A DNA stretch of 64,000 nucleotides from Klebsormidium nitens (lineage: Eukaryota; Plantae; Klebsormidiophyceae). The stretch spans positions 124,001-188,000 of the forward strand of contig DF236986.1 of NCBI GenBank assembly GCA_000708835.1, read 5' to 3'. This document shows positions 1 to 12,318 of this stretch, in pieces. A program made the position numbers and the translations under genes. The notes beneath the pieces are model-generated. The model had not been told where the DNA came from, made no database searches, and saw only the letters and a program-made list of their open reading frames with translations. Position 1 is the first letter of the stretch. Each line of letters begins with the position of its first letter.

Positions 1-3000
1 AGATGGTGCTACCCTTCTAAACTTCACCCAAGGCAACCTCTTAAACAATGAGATGGCATGCTGCTGGGTTGTGCCGGATGCAGGGGCAGAACTGATAGCT
101 TATGAGCGACGTGCTTAGCGCCTGGTGTTCCATACCATAGCTGATCCTCCCCTTGACTCTCCCCGCTCCCTGACACAAGCGCGTCCACAGGATGTGGTGG
201 CTGCGCCTAGTGAGGAGTTCCTCATCGCCCGCAAACGAGACCACCCATCACATACAAACACGTAGCATACCTTACGCTCCCTTTGTGTTCTCCCTCAGGC
301 ACATTTATGGGCATGCTGCTCGGCAACGTGAACGTCGTCGCCGCACGGCGCGAGGTGCGCTTTAAGGTGAAGGAGGAGTACAACACGTACCGTGACCGCA
401 CCGCGCTCGTCTTCCTCACCTTCCCCTCCGTGCTGCTCTTCCTAAAGCACTATTATGCGGGCCAGTGCCTGCCGGGACTGCTCGTGACAGCCTACTCCGC
501 GTGGCTGCTCTTCTTCTACACGAGCCTCGCGCTGCGCGAAAACATTCTCAAGATCAATGGGAGTGACATCCGGCCCTGGTAAGTGTGTTTGTCAATTTGG
601 GGTCTCTGGAATTGTTTATCTGACTTTTTTTATAGATACCAGTGTTTGGCCTTGAACTTGAGGCTAAGCGAGTCGTTTTTGCCTTTTCAGTGTAACCAAC
701 GATGGAGTCTGGGGTTGTTCTGCGGGCTTGTCTGATGATACTTTTCACGGTAGAGTTGAAACCTGCGGGCATGAATGTTGTTACCGTTGCGGTACAGTCC
801 ATCTTTTCTTGCACGAACAGGGTTTGCACATGGAACCTCTATAAACACAGAGCGCATCGAGATCTGCCCCTGGACCGTGACAGAGTCGCTCAACTTCCGT
901 TCAATCGCATTCCCAGTTCTTCAGGTAATATCAACACCAAAGCTTTGCCAGACTGCGGGTTCCCAGCCTGACTTGAGACGCGACAATATGACACACTCTG
1001 AATACAGTCGCTTAACCTCATTCTGACCACTCTCTTAACCCCTTCCAGGTGGATTCAGCACCACTACTTCGCCATGCTGATGGCTCCCAGCCTGACTTAC
1101 GACGCGAAATTATGACGCGGTCAGAAAATAGTGGCTTAACCTCATCCTGACCACTCTCTTAACCTTGCCAGGTTGATCCAGCACCACTACTTCGCCATGC
1201 CGATGGTGCTGGTCAGCCTGACTTGGGACGCGACGATATGACACACTCTGAAACCAGTCGCTTAACCTCATCCTGACCACTCTCTTAAACCTCCCAGGTG
1301 GATCCAGCACCACTACTTTGCCATGCTGATGGCTTCCCGCCTGTAACCAGATCCGTAAGTTTCTTGCAATACCAGTTGCTTACCCTAACCACCTTCTTAA
1401 ACCTTCCAGGTGGATCCAGCACCACGACTTCGCCATGCTAATGGCTCCCCGCCTGTTTGAGACGCAACATTACGACGAACTGATAACAGTGGCTTAACCT
1501 CACCCTAACCATTCGCTTAACCCTTCCAGGTGGATCCAGCACCACTACTTCGCCATGCTGATGGCGCTGGTCAGCCTGACGTGGGGCGTGGAGGGCTCCG
1601 ACTGCCTCCAGAAGCAGGAGAGCGTCAGCCTGTTCCTCCTGTGGGCCGTCATGCAGGGCGTCGTGATGCTGCTCCAGAATCGCTACCAGAGGCGACGCAT
1701 GTACACCCGCATTGCTTTGGGAAAGGTGCGCTGCAATTCATTGGAATGGGGCGTCAGAAAACGGGTCATGGAGAACATGGATTTGCGGCCACTCTCCGCG
1801 AGCGCCCTTGGCTAAAATTTCAGGGCCGATCAATGATTAACCTTGATGACGAGATAATCCCAATTAGTCGATTCGAAGGGTGATAGCTGAGGGAAATCCT
1901 TGAAAGCTGGCCGGGAGTCCGGGTCCCTTTTCCATCCACTCGGTCAAGTGGGGCTTCGTGGTACCATGGCGACCCTCATTTGGTCAAGAAATAGTCGCTG
2001 AGAGTGCAAGAGGCCATGTTGGTGCTGCTTGTTGGGCTCTTTCTCCGACGACGGCTATTGAGAGGAGAGGCGTAACAACCGTACGCAAGTTCGTCAGTTC
2101 CCCGTCCATTCACTGGCATGTCGTCATTCTGGCCGCTGTCTGTCCTCACGGCTTGAAGTCCGCTCGCTTTCTGCACGTTTGTAATACATTTCCATTTCTT
2201 CGACAGCATCAATTCTTCCGTTCTTTGAGCATTCAACCTCGGATCACACCACTTCATTGATCGGTCTTGATTGGGGGATGTCAAGAAGTTGCTTTGACTG
2301 TTGCCCAGGCCAGCTTTGCACTGCGTACCGATCGAACGCCCCTGTTGTGCAGGCTGGGAGGATGGACGTGGTTTGGGGCGAAAGCGCCGGAGTCAAAGGG
2401 CAGCTGTGGGTTCTGTACCCGCTTCTCTTTGCCCTCCAGGTAAGACTGCGGCGAAGAGAGTTTTTTCACCAACTCCACATGACCGACTGCCCGCTCATTC
2501 TGCTTAGCAGATCGTGTGCTGTCCTTCCCGATTCGTGAGACGCCATTGACCCAGCTCGGGTGCAGTGAGATTGTTTTGAATATGTTCCGAATGCAACATG
2601 TTGACTTTTGTAAATCTCTTTGGGTTGTCGTTAAGTTCGAACTGTCTCGCGAGTTGCTGGGCGCTGCAAGGAAGCTGTACATGCAGAAAGCGCTTCTGGC
2701 AGAAGCAGTTTTCCAAGATCTCATCCAACTCGCTCTCTTTGCAGGGCTTTCAGTTCTACATTGGCTCAAGATTGATAATGTCGTCAATCTTCGTTTCCTA
2801 CGAATGGCAGGTGAGTTTCGACGAACTTATCCAGATCTGTTGCCCCATCGTGGAGTTAGCCACTTTCTCGTTTGTCCAGTCCAATCTTCGAGTTCGAGCA
2901 GACATTCTGGACGTGAACATATGCACTCCCTTTTTATTGTGAGAGGCTCGTCCTTGAACTTGCGCCCTTTTTAAATGCAACTCTCAATTTTTCGACTTAT

Positions 3001-3196
3001 TCAATTCGTTCTCGCCTCTGCGCAGATTGTGGCTTGTGGGGTTCTTCTAATCATAATGGCAGTCGGGAACTTCCTGAATACTGTCGCAACGCTAGCTACG
3101 AAGGCCAAGATCAAGAACAAGATGAACAGGAAGCGGAAGGAGGTGAGCGAAACCATCGCTCGTACTTTCAGTGGTCCTCCAAAGAAGACCCTTTAG
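1..3196 (+). CDS. TMEM120: TMEM120/TMPIT family membrane protein, 5'-truncated by the window. Exons (1-32 tentative), 299-578, 1530-1725, 2353-2439, 2745-2810, 3026-3196
   Basis: Spliced translation gives ...LRENILKINGSDIRPW|WIQHHYFAMLMALVSLTW...LQNRYQRRRMYTRIALGK|AGRMDVVWGESAGVKGQLW...EWQ|IVACGVLLIIMAVGNFLNTV..., which I recognise as the plant TMEM120 signature. All internal junctions are GT-AG with matching phases. Stop TAG at 3194-3196. Confidence 0.92.
905..1529 (+). repeat. Intronic tandem array of about 120 bp units, each a copy of the 3' splice site plus the first ~50 nt of the TMEM120 exon at 1530
   Basis: The motif cttaacc..ccag|GTGGATCCAGCACCACTACTTCGCCATG recurs with exon-like starts at 925 (very degenerate), 1049, 1172, 1298 and 1410, before the real exon at 1530. 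Spacings are 124, 123, 126, 112 and 120. Confidence 0.93.
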
Positions 3197-3950
3197 GTCA
3201 CGGCAGGGTGCTAGCCTCACAGGAACCGACTAGTCTGGTTTGTCGGTTCTCTGTTGCTTTGAGTAGGTTTAGGAGCAAGGGAGAGGGTCTGTCACAGCGT
3301 CCAACAGTTCTGTTGCAAGAGACAAGCTTGTCACAAACTAGCTCCGTAACCCTCTAGCTGAAAGCAGTCCTTGTCATCGCACCAACAAGACTCTCTTGCA
3401 CCTATGAAAACGGCAACTTCGGTTCATTTTTGAAAGAGTGTTATGAGCATGCTTGCGTCCACATGTACCTTGGAGAAGCATGTCATATTATGCAATGGAT
3501 GGATGCAGAGACTCTGTGCAGCTGGCTCCAGCAGCAGTGCTAGATACTAACGTGACTAGAGAAAATGCATTCGGATCCATTTGTTAAGTAGGATAGTGTG
3601 TACGTTATACACATACGCGCGGCGTCTTAAGACCTCTCGCACATGTCACTGCATCTCATGATAACAATCAAGCCAAGTGCGCCTTTATTCCACATTACCG
3701 CAACAAAGACCAGGCGGCCTTCTAAGTCAAGCTCGGCAAGCCACAGCTGCTACAGGTTGCAGCAAGCAACTAGGTGCCAAGCCTGACAGGTATAGGATGG
3801 CAGCATGCAGGTCAAAACGGATGACGAACTTGCTCGCACCAACAATGCCCTTTCGAGCTCTTGTCAACAATGTATCCAGAGGCAAAAGGTGCCCATCTTA
3901 CATTGCCCAAACACTGGTCTCCGCGGCTGACTTAGACTCAAGTCTACAGA

Positions 3951-5509
3951 TCAGATTGGCTTGATCTTGAAATGGAGTCCGATCAAAGAGAATACTAAGC
4001 ACTTCAGGTCCTGCACAGAATGGATACGAATCAGCCTGAGCTTTGCAGCACACAGCCCCAATGGACATCTCTGTTGGGTATCTTTTCGAGATCAAGATGT
4101 TTGCGAGTATTTACCGAATTCAGCCCTAGTACAGATGATGATGCGCGTACCATGATATCGCTCTGATAACTGAGAGGCATGACAATCACAAGTAGAGTGC
4201 GAGGGTTCCTTAGCAGAACAAACTCTCCAGTCATCTCAGATAAGCCCAATTGACATCAAGCCATATTCCCCAGGCTACGTCCCACGTACTATTTTAGATT
4301 TGAAACCAGTGATGGTAGAAGGAAGATAACATACGGAACTAGAAAGGGTGCACTTACCTGCACAAGGTAGTAGAAGACTCTCAACCCCTCTGGATCTTTG
4401 CTGCTCTGCACGTCCAGCAGCGACCCAATCTTTGCTGTCGTGAACGAGATGTGTTCATTCTTCAGAACGACCTCTAGCTCCTGCTTCCCGACCCTGTCTG
4501 GTAGCGGCCAATTGGCGTCGTCTTCCTTCATGATCTGGAAAGCCACAAGATGATAAGCGGTTTGGTTTTTGGCAACCAATCAGGGTCACCCTCTACTGCC
4601 AATTCTCAACATGTGCAGAAAAGCAAGCCACGAGCAGACTCCTTAAAGGAATAAAGCCGCACACTTGCCGTGTAATGAGCAACTGGCTCCTGACATGCTC
4701 CCCACAGTTAGCGCAGGATAGTACCTCACAGCAAACTTCTGCTTCCTGTCAATTGTCAAAGGAGGAATAAGAGCAGCTGCTGATTGATCACATCAGTTGT
4801 CATACTTCCCATGAAATCGTAACGACCTCAAGCAGAACAAACGGGCCGAACTAAGGTAGCTACTGTCAAACATTTTGCGCCACCACCTTAATTTCTGTTC
4901 AAATAATCGAGGTTCTTGAATAGTAACACAGAAAGGCCAAAAGTAGGGGGCCGGAAAGAATCCACGATAGAACTTCTGCTTCAGGTGAAAGGAGCAGAGC
5001 GCCACCCCAACTGCTAACTACAAATCGTTCCGATGAAGTGGCACAAAGGAATCAAGAATGCAAGCGACATGGATATTTACAACTACCCAAAGCGCAAGCA
5101 CGTATTAGCGGAGCTGCTTTTAAACAGGAGGCAAAGCAAACCATGCTCATCAGGCTTACACTACTGCCTGCAAATGGTCCGCCCTGAGTGAAACCACCAC
5201 CATGTCCGATTTGCTGCGGGTGAGCGACAATCGATCAACCTATTTTCCGTCATGAACGGAACCGATAGACAAATGTCTCCTCACAGCAAACATACCACCC
5301 ACCTCTGCGTCTTCGATTATTCTTCTGACTTCATCCAGCACCGCCTGCGTCACATACACCTCTTTCCTGATCATCGTGTCGTTCTTGTAGTTGGAGTTGT
5401 TTGCATAGCGCAGCTTGCCGTCTGGCCTAAACTCAAACTCCAGGAACTCATGGCCAAACTTCCCCTTGTGTCCGACATAATACCGCACATAGAAGTCACT
5501 ATCTGCCAT
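3951..5509 (-). CDS. MAGO: Mago nashi, exon junction complex core protein (147 aa). Exons 5509-5303, 4534-4358, 4010-3951
   Basis: [50 protein letters not shown]...|[21 protein letters not shown]...[13 protein letters not shown]|[19 protein letters not shown]. Near-invariant Mago sequence; both introns are phase-0 GT-AG. Confidence 0.98.
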
Positions 5510-5995
5510 GATGCTGGCGGCAAAAATCAATCAGCACAAGCTGATTCCGTCGCCCAACGAAGCTCAGTTTCAGGGGGTATTTGGAGCCTCTTCCACCAAT
5601 TGCCAGCGGTTTCGCAAATGCCCTCTTCCAATCCTCCACTATAAACTCTTGTTTCTCGACAATCCTCTTGCTTTGCCTACCCTCTCCTAAGGAAGCGTGC
5701 TGAAAGGAGAATTTGATCGAGGGGCGATCTGGAAGCGCCTGAACGTTGAAGTTTCTCTTCAGTCTTGAGTTGCTGCCACTGGAGAAGGCGGCCTTCCCTT
5801 TTCCCCTTGCTGTTCTACGTCGTCTGCTGAACAGAATTGGTACCCCGCAGTCAATACCTGAAAACTGGTTGCCAGGGGACCAAGATACTGATTCTACGTG
5901 ACCTTCCAAATCTTTCTGTGGGGTGCAGCACTTTCCCTCGTTTGAACACAAAATTCTGCACAGCGAAGTGGTAGCTCACATATAGCTCACAAGTA

Positions 5996-6324
5996 GGGCG
6001 GTCACATATGAGTTCTCGGGGAAGTGGGGAGTGTTCCCTGAGGGAGCGCATGCTCCCCGAGAATCTGCTTTGGTCATATTTTATTCAGGGACACATCGCG
6101 CGAAACGTTAAAGCTTCCCGATATCTACGGCGAGGCAGACTGTCCGATGACTGACCGCCGACCGTCCCCTAGTATTTTTACCGGCGTCCCTGAGGGGCGT
6201 AGCGTCCCCCAGAATATCGAGTTGAAATTCTGGGGGACGAATTCACCGGTTTTCGGTCCCTGAGGGACGGGAATTCGGTCCCTGAGGGACGGTGCCCTCC
6301 GAAAATGTTCATATGTGACCGCCC
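5996..6324. mobile_element. MITE-like element (329 bp) with 16-bp perfect TIRs and a TA target-site duplication
   Basis: GGGCGGTCACATATGA at 5996-6011 and its reverse complement TCATATGTGACCGCCC at 6309-6324. TA flanks both ends (5994-5995, 6325-6326). The interior has four TCCCTGAGGG motifs and a CGTCCCCCAGAAT...ATTCTGGGGGACG inverted repeat, and no convincing ORF. Confidence 0.82.
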
Positions 6325-6604
6325 TATCATCAAACTTCAAAGCTTTCAAGAGGACTTTTAGGCTGAACTCGTGGGCCATGGTGAAGAAATTGACAGCAAT
6401 AGAAGGCAGCACTGACGTGATCAATGGTGTGTCTGCAGACCACTTCAGAAGAGGTGCCAGCGTGGAAGCCACTGACAGCGCTCATTGGTGAAACTTCATG
6501 AGAACTTTCAATCAATTGTGCCACCTCATGTCGCGTCAAATTTCAGGTCAACGCGCGTTCTAGCTGGTCCTGAACTGGAAAATACAGGGCTAAAGGGCCA
6601 CATC

Positions 6605-9600
6605 ATGAAGCTGATCAATCAAGTGCAACTCTCTGCAGCAGAGTTGCAGGTGTGCCCAAAGTTCACGGAGTTGATAGAGCAGCTGGAGAAGGTCTGCTTC
6701 TCTGAAAGCAGCCCCCTCGTAGTCAAGGATGCTGCAGAGAATGTGGCGCAGGTATGCTGCCCTATAACGCCCTGAGCCTTTCCTGCTCTTGAACAGAGCG
6801 ATGTTTATGCCCTCCTGTACCGCGCTCCGAACTAGAAACTCTGCGCTTGACAGATTAAACTTTGAGACTCTCTTGTGAGACCGCATTTACATTCCCTAAC
6901 GGCTAGTTGGTGAAGATCAATCATTCTGTGGGTGCATATCTGGTGGTGCGATCTATTTGCACCGAAGTCAAGGACGGGGCCTGCACTCCATTTGATTGCA
7001 TTGCTTGTGATAGCTGCCAAGTCATGGACTTTTGACATGGATGATATGCAAACTGAGGTGGCGAAATCTGCTACAGGCCCGCTTGGACATGGTGAAGGAG
7101 AGAGAAAAGTACTACATAGCTAAGGTGACCAACCAACACGTTAGCAATCAGAGCTGATCTTCATGCCTGGAGTAACCGCTTGTACTCACCAGTGATGCAT
7201 GGTGTTGCTTGTTACTGTTGCATCACTACAAGTGCATTTGAATCTTGTTGCTCCTCTGATGTTATGAACGGCTTCTGTGTTTGAAAACACTCTGAGGTCC
7301 TGATGAACTCAATCGTTTCTCTTGCCAATCCTTTCCATCATAACCTCCTGAGAGCCCGAGGGCAAGTTCTGACCGTCAAGTCCGACCACCTTTCAAGACA
7401 GACGATGAAAGCCTGGTAGTCAATCAAGGGGTGTGGTGTGATCTATGTTTCTCCTGGGTGACAGAAGATTGTCGGTTTTCATGACGCTGACCCCTTACTG
7501 CAGGCAATCCACAGCGAAGCGACTGCTCTGCTGGAAGACTATCAAGAGGCCAAGGCGCTTGCTGTAGACAGGGATGCAGACTTGAGGGAAGCGGTTGAGC
7601 AAGCTGGGCTTTGGTCAGATCCTGAAGTGAGCCACTTGCCTACGCCACCTGCTTTCGTTGGTCACTGAGGGAATCATTATGAGTTCAAGCTTTGCTTGGG
7701 TCAAGAAAGCAGCCAGCTTCGCTGACTTCGATTCAACCTTAATGAAAAGCACAACCATTTCACAGGATTTGAACTTTCGAATGTTCGGATGTGAGAGGAG
7801 ATAGTTCGAACTTTGTCGACCTGGCTACGGTCAAGATCTCACCCTTAAAAAACCCCTGTAAAACATTCCCTGTCAGATCCCAGCACAGACCAGCGCAAAT
7901 GAATGACAATGACAAAGATTCATAATTCATCAATTCAAATTGACAAACAAGAACACAGCTGAGCATCTCGAGAACGCCTCTACTTCGTCCAGGTGTATGA
8001 GACGTTGGCCCGCCGCCTCAGCGCCGCAGAAGCCGCTCAGCGCTTGCGGCTGCCTGAAGGGGCGTCTCTTAAGCCAGATGAGGCCCAAGAAGAGTCGAAC
8101 GGCATACCGAAGGGGGTTATGACTGGCGACGACGAACATTCTGCGCATCACATGCTGGGAGTGCGGCCTGAGGAGCTGCTGAGGAGTCAGCTCGACGAGG
8201 GGCCGTTCAGCCAAGTAAGATTCGATAGACATGGATTCGGTATGTTTTGAAACCCTGCGTGAGATTGTTTGCTCATGCTGGTCGACCCCAAGGGTCTTCG
8301 TCGTTATACTGAGTCGATTCAAGGGTTCCTGCCATCCTTTAGTTGGTAGAAGTAGATGGTTTGCCATCTTGTGTCGGGAGTGGCTTGCAGCGTCTAGGAA
8401 AAAGAAGGCTGGCTGGAACCAACGGCCTGTAAAGCTGCTGGAGTTGGAGGAGCTCGACACCAAGCTTCTGGGGATGACATAAACATTTGCGGACAAGGTC
8501 GGTCAGGAGGTCACTGCAATGCAAAAGCTTTCGTGGATTGATCTGAAAGAAGACTCGAACCGTTGAGGACCCTAAAAGCTAGCGACCTCTAAGAAGCGTC
8601 CGTGCTTTACTTTCTCGATCGAGGAAATAGTCTCTTATGTTCTGTAAATCTCTGCAGTCGACGTCGACCTGTAGCCAAATTGATTCGCGCCCGGCCCTTG
8701 CAAAACGACGTACGACGAAATTCCAAAGACACACTTCGAAGAGCTTCCTCGCTCTTCGCTTCCTGCAGGATTCCGCTACCTTCCAGGCGATGGTGATACC
8801 CGAGATCGAGGCCCGTCTTCGAGCGAAGGTCGAGCGCCTCGAGTCGGCTTTTGCGGCAGGGTCCAGCGGCACCGCACAATCGACAAGGAGCTCGAGTCTT
8901 CCAGACAGGTGAGTTCATGAAAGCATCATTTTGGATTGCTGGGTTTTGTTCTTTCGTTTGTGGACCTGTGTCGAGAGGCTTTTGGATCTGGCCTTCCATT
9001 CGCTGCCCTCGTTCGACGTCATCCTCGTCATCAGCACCTCGATTATTCTCGAGAATGTGTAAGAGAAGCATTTATGAGATCTTGGCAAAACTTAGACTTC
9101 GGCCTCTTTGTGGCCCGTCGTCTTTGGGAACTTTAGGCCCGAAGAATAAGAGCGCCATTGATCCATAGCGGCTGCTTCAGCGTTATGAGTAATTATCTAG
9201 TGCTTTGGTATTGAGCATCTCTGAGCGTCTCTTCATTCTGCTGACCTCCACGCAAATCTCGAGGCAACAAATGCTTGCCAAATACCAATGGTTTAAACTC
9301 AACCGCTCTGCTCACTTTCTGGTCACTATGACGGCTCTCAAGAATTGGTCAAACGGACGCCCGACATCCAATTCTCACAGGACAAGCAAAATGCTTTGAT
9401 CTTCTACGTCGCACCTTGGGTGCACTATGGGTAAATGGGGCGGAAACAGGGTCCTCTTTCCTCTGCAGGGTCGCTGCCGCTGTGGCGAAGCTTTCCGCTG
9501 ACAAGGCGGCGGAGCTCGACGAGTACTACGCTGCTGATCGACGCTTCACCGAGTACTACAACGTGAGTCCTTCGGCCTTAGTAGCAAAGGGTTTACTTGA

Positions 9601-12318
9601 AGGCGCAGATGCCAATAAAACTTTTGCCAGGAAAAGAGAGGACGTCCGTGGGCGCAAACCCCAACGCTTTGCGGGGCTGGCCGGTGCTTGAGAGCCCTTT
9701 CCGAATGATCCCCCTTACTCTTTGCCATTGCAGGATCCCTCGCTTCTCTTGCCTTAACTCCTCGCGAAGTGGACGATGTGGTCATCTGACGGTGCTTATC
9801 AGTGACAGCTGCTGACGAGACTGTGGGAGTCGCTTCGTTGATATATCGCCGAACCACAGCGATCCTGATAAAAAGGGTTCCAGAATGTACCTTCAGTCCC
9901 CATGGTCAGTCTATCTTTCCGCTTTGCACGAATCAAAGCGTGAACAACCAATCCCAACCGTTCTCCGAAGATCTTCACATGCGAAAGTTTGTGAGCTTGA
10001 CGAGAAAAAAGCGTTCACTCATGCAGGTTTTGGAGCAGATGTTGGGCGTACTCCTGCGGATGGCAAAGGAATACAAGCTCGACCACCAGCACCGATACGT
10101 GAGGGCCCTTTCCTTTACGTCCTTCTCCTTGCTGCGCTCTTACGTGATCTCGTCCTGATCCAGTTGCAATCCTTTCGTGCCTCTTCTCTTGCTGCAGACT
10201 TTCCGCGGGGAACTTGTCACCTCTTCTCTCAGCAAGCTTCGGCTAGCGAGGCATCGGTACCTCGATTTCACGAGTCTGCTCTGTCTGAAGCACGTCCCAC
10301 GCCCCATCATCCGGAAATAGTGTCGCAGTACGTTTTGATCAACTCGTTCGCTTATGAGCGATTTGTAAGCTTGATGCTCATATTCACGGGAAACACAAGT
10401 GTCCGAATAACGCTCTCTTCTTTCCAGGACCTCCTTCGCACCGAGTGGCTCTGCCGGCGATGCCAGACGATGCACTCCAAGCTCCGGTGAGCCTCTGCGG
10501 ATCCGCATTGACTTTTGCTTCCATTAAGCATTTGCGTCTCAGTAAATTTTGGTGGTGACCTGAACGGCCCCGTCGAGCTTACTGTTTGAAAGCTATTTGT
10601 CTCGTACATACGTACCGCTAGGGGCCTCTCCTGCTCTACTGCACATCGAGTCCGTTGCATAGAGAGACGTCCAGAACCGCTTCTCGTTGCCTTACAAAGC
10701 ACCTGCTCTCCAATTTGTTATGAAGGAAACCCGTCGACCATTTTGGATTCCAGGCTGTTGTCTCTTGTCCCAACTGAACGCCAGTGCTTTCTCATCCTAC
10801 CGTACTTGATCATCTGTTTGACCGGATCGCCTCTGCGCTTGATGAACGTATATTCCCACGTGTCAACGAGAGCACTGAGTGGGAATGGCTCTGCTTGATG
10901 CACTTTTTACAGAAAAGAAAAGCTGCTGGCCGTTGTGTGCACGATTGTTGCGACCGTTTAGCGCTTCACGGCGTATAGTGAACTAACCCTGACTCGCATG
11001 CAGATTCTGCGTGTTGAAATTCCCCTCTTCGGTTGGCATTATCCGAGTTCTTTGTTTTCTGTTTTGCAGGGTAATGGAGTTCATGCTGCTGAGGGATACA
11101 TACAATGGGGAGACGGTTCCTGCACTGCACATCGTCAGGTCAGTTCATAAGGTCCTTCATTAAGCGTTCAATTGTGTAGATGTATACGTCACACGTCCCG
11201 CGCTCCGTCCTGTGATTCCCCAAGAGCTTCGACGGCATCTGAGCAGCTTGCGTTGGATCAGAGCTAGGTTGGCGATCCTTGCACCGGGCTCTTGCTTGAA
11301 ATGCTTTCTCCATCAACGCGTGCTTGTCTCGACTGTGCAGGAACCACCTTCTGAGAGCCATGGAAGATGCGACCGCCGCTCACACGACCGCAGTAAGCAC
11401 TCCGCCTTTAGCGCACAAACCATTCCGTCTCTGCCGCAGCCATGCCTTTTAAAGAGGCACTGATCAAAGTTGGCTGCTCGGACTCGTGCAGACAACAGGG
11501 ACGAATCTTTACAGATTTTCAAGCTTCGTGCGAATGCATATACAGGAATCCAAACTCGTCTTTACGTCGGAGTCTCTCTCGAAGTCGTGACTGCTCTTTT
11601 CGTGAAGGCTTGCTAATCAGCCAATGCTAAGGCCCCACTTGAGTTGCGAAAGTCGGTTCCGAGTTGACAGCTATCAATGTCTTGGAAATGCGAAGACCGA
11701 TCCTCATGCGCCACGTGTAAGAATGTCAGCCTGAAGTGGTTGCCGTTCCCTTTCGACAGGTCACGCGGTTGCGGGAGTTCCAAGGCTTCGACGAACGCTT
11801 CGACGAGATTGCCACCGAGTACAGAGAATTGACGGCGGTGAGACTTTGTTCTACCATTTTGAGTGCGCTTACTAGCTGCAGGCTCATCGACGATATCAGA
11901 CTGTACCTGTTCTTAAGTCAGCGGACTGGCAGGAACTCGTGTCTCGTATCTTGGTCTCTCGTTTTCTTTGGAAACGAATCACAGACCAGCAGGTGGCTGT
12001 AATGAGTTTGAACGAGAGTCTGAACAGGTCACGTAAGCTGCCGCTCTGGTGCTGATCATCAATCTTCAATAGGCCATTCCAACGCTTCTGCTGGAAGAAA
12101 TGTGGGCACTTATTGGGACACGGAAGTGGTTCCAAGGATTACGGTTTGAACTTGCAGTTGTGAGCGTGCATGACCGCCCAAGTTACAATTAGAAAAAGGG
12201 GAATGTTTTTGGCATCCTATCGAGCATTCATGGATGTGCCTTTTTGCAGAGGTTACAAGAGGTCGAGTGGACCCTTGCGGAGGTTGAAAGGGACTTAGAG
12301 GCGGTGGACTACGCTTGA
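6605..12318 (+). CDS. AUG4: AUGMIN subunit 4 (HAUS4 homolog, about 390 aa). Exons 6605-6751, 7077-7124, 7504-7626, 7993-8214, 8769-8908, 9469-9562, 10027-10098, 10428-10486, 11070-11138, 11341-11392, 11760-11837, 12250-12318
   Basis: The spliced product contains VYETLARRLSAAEAAQRLRLP, YAADRRFTEYYNVLEQMLGVL..KLDHQHRY, WLCRRCQTMHSKLRV and VTRLREFQGFDERFDEIATEY, collinear with plant AUG4 as I recall it. All 11 introns are GT-AG with consistent phase. The start codon is the least certain part. Confidence 0.9.
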
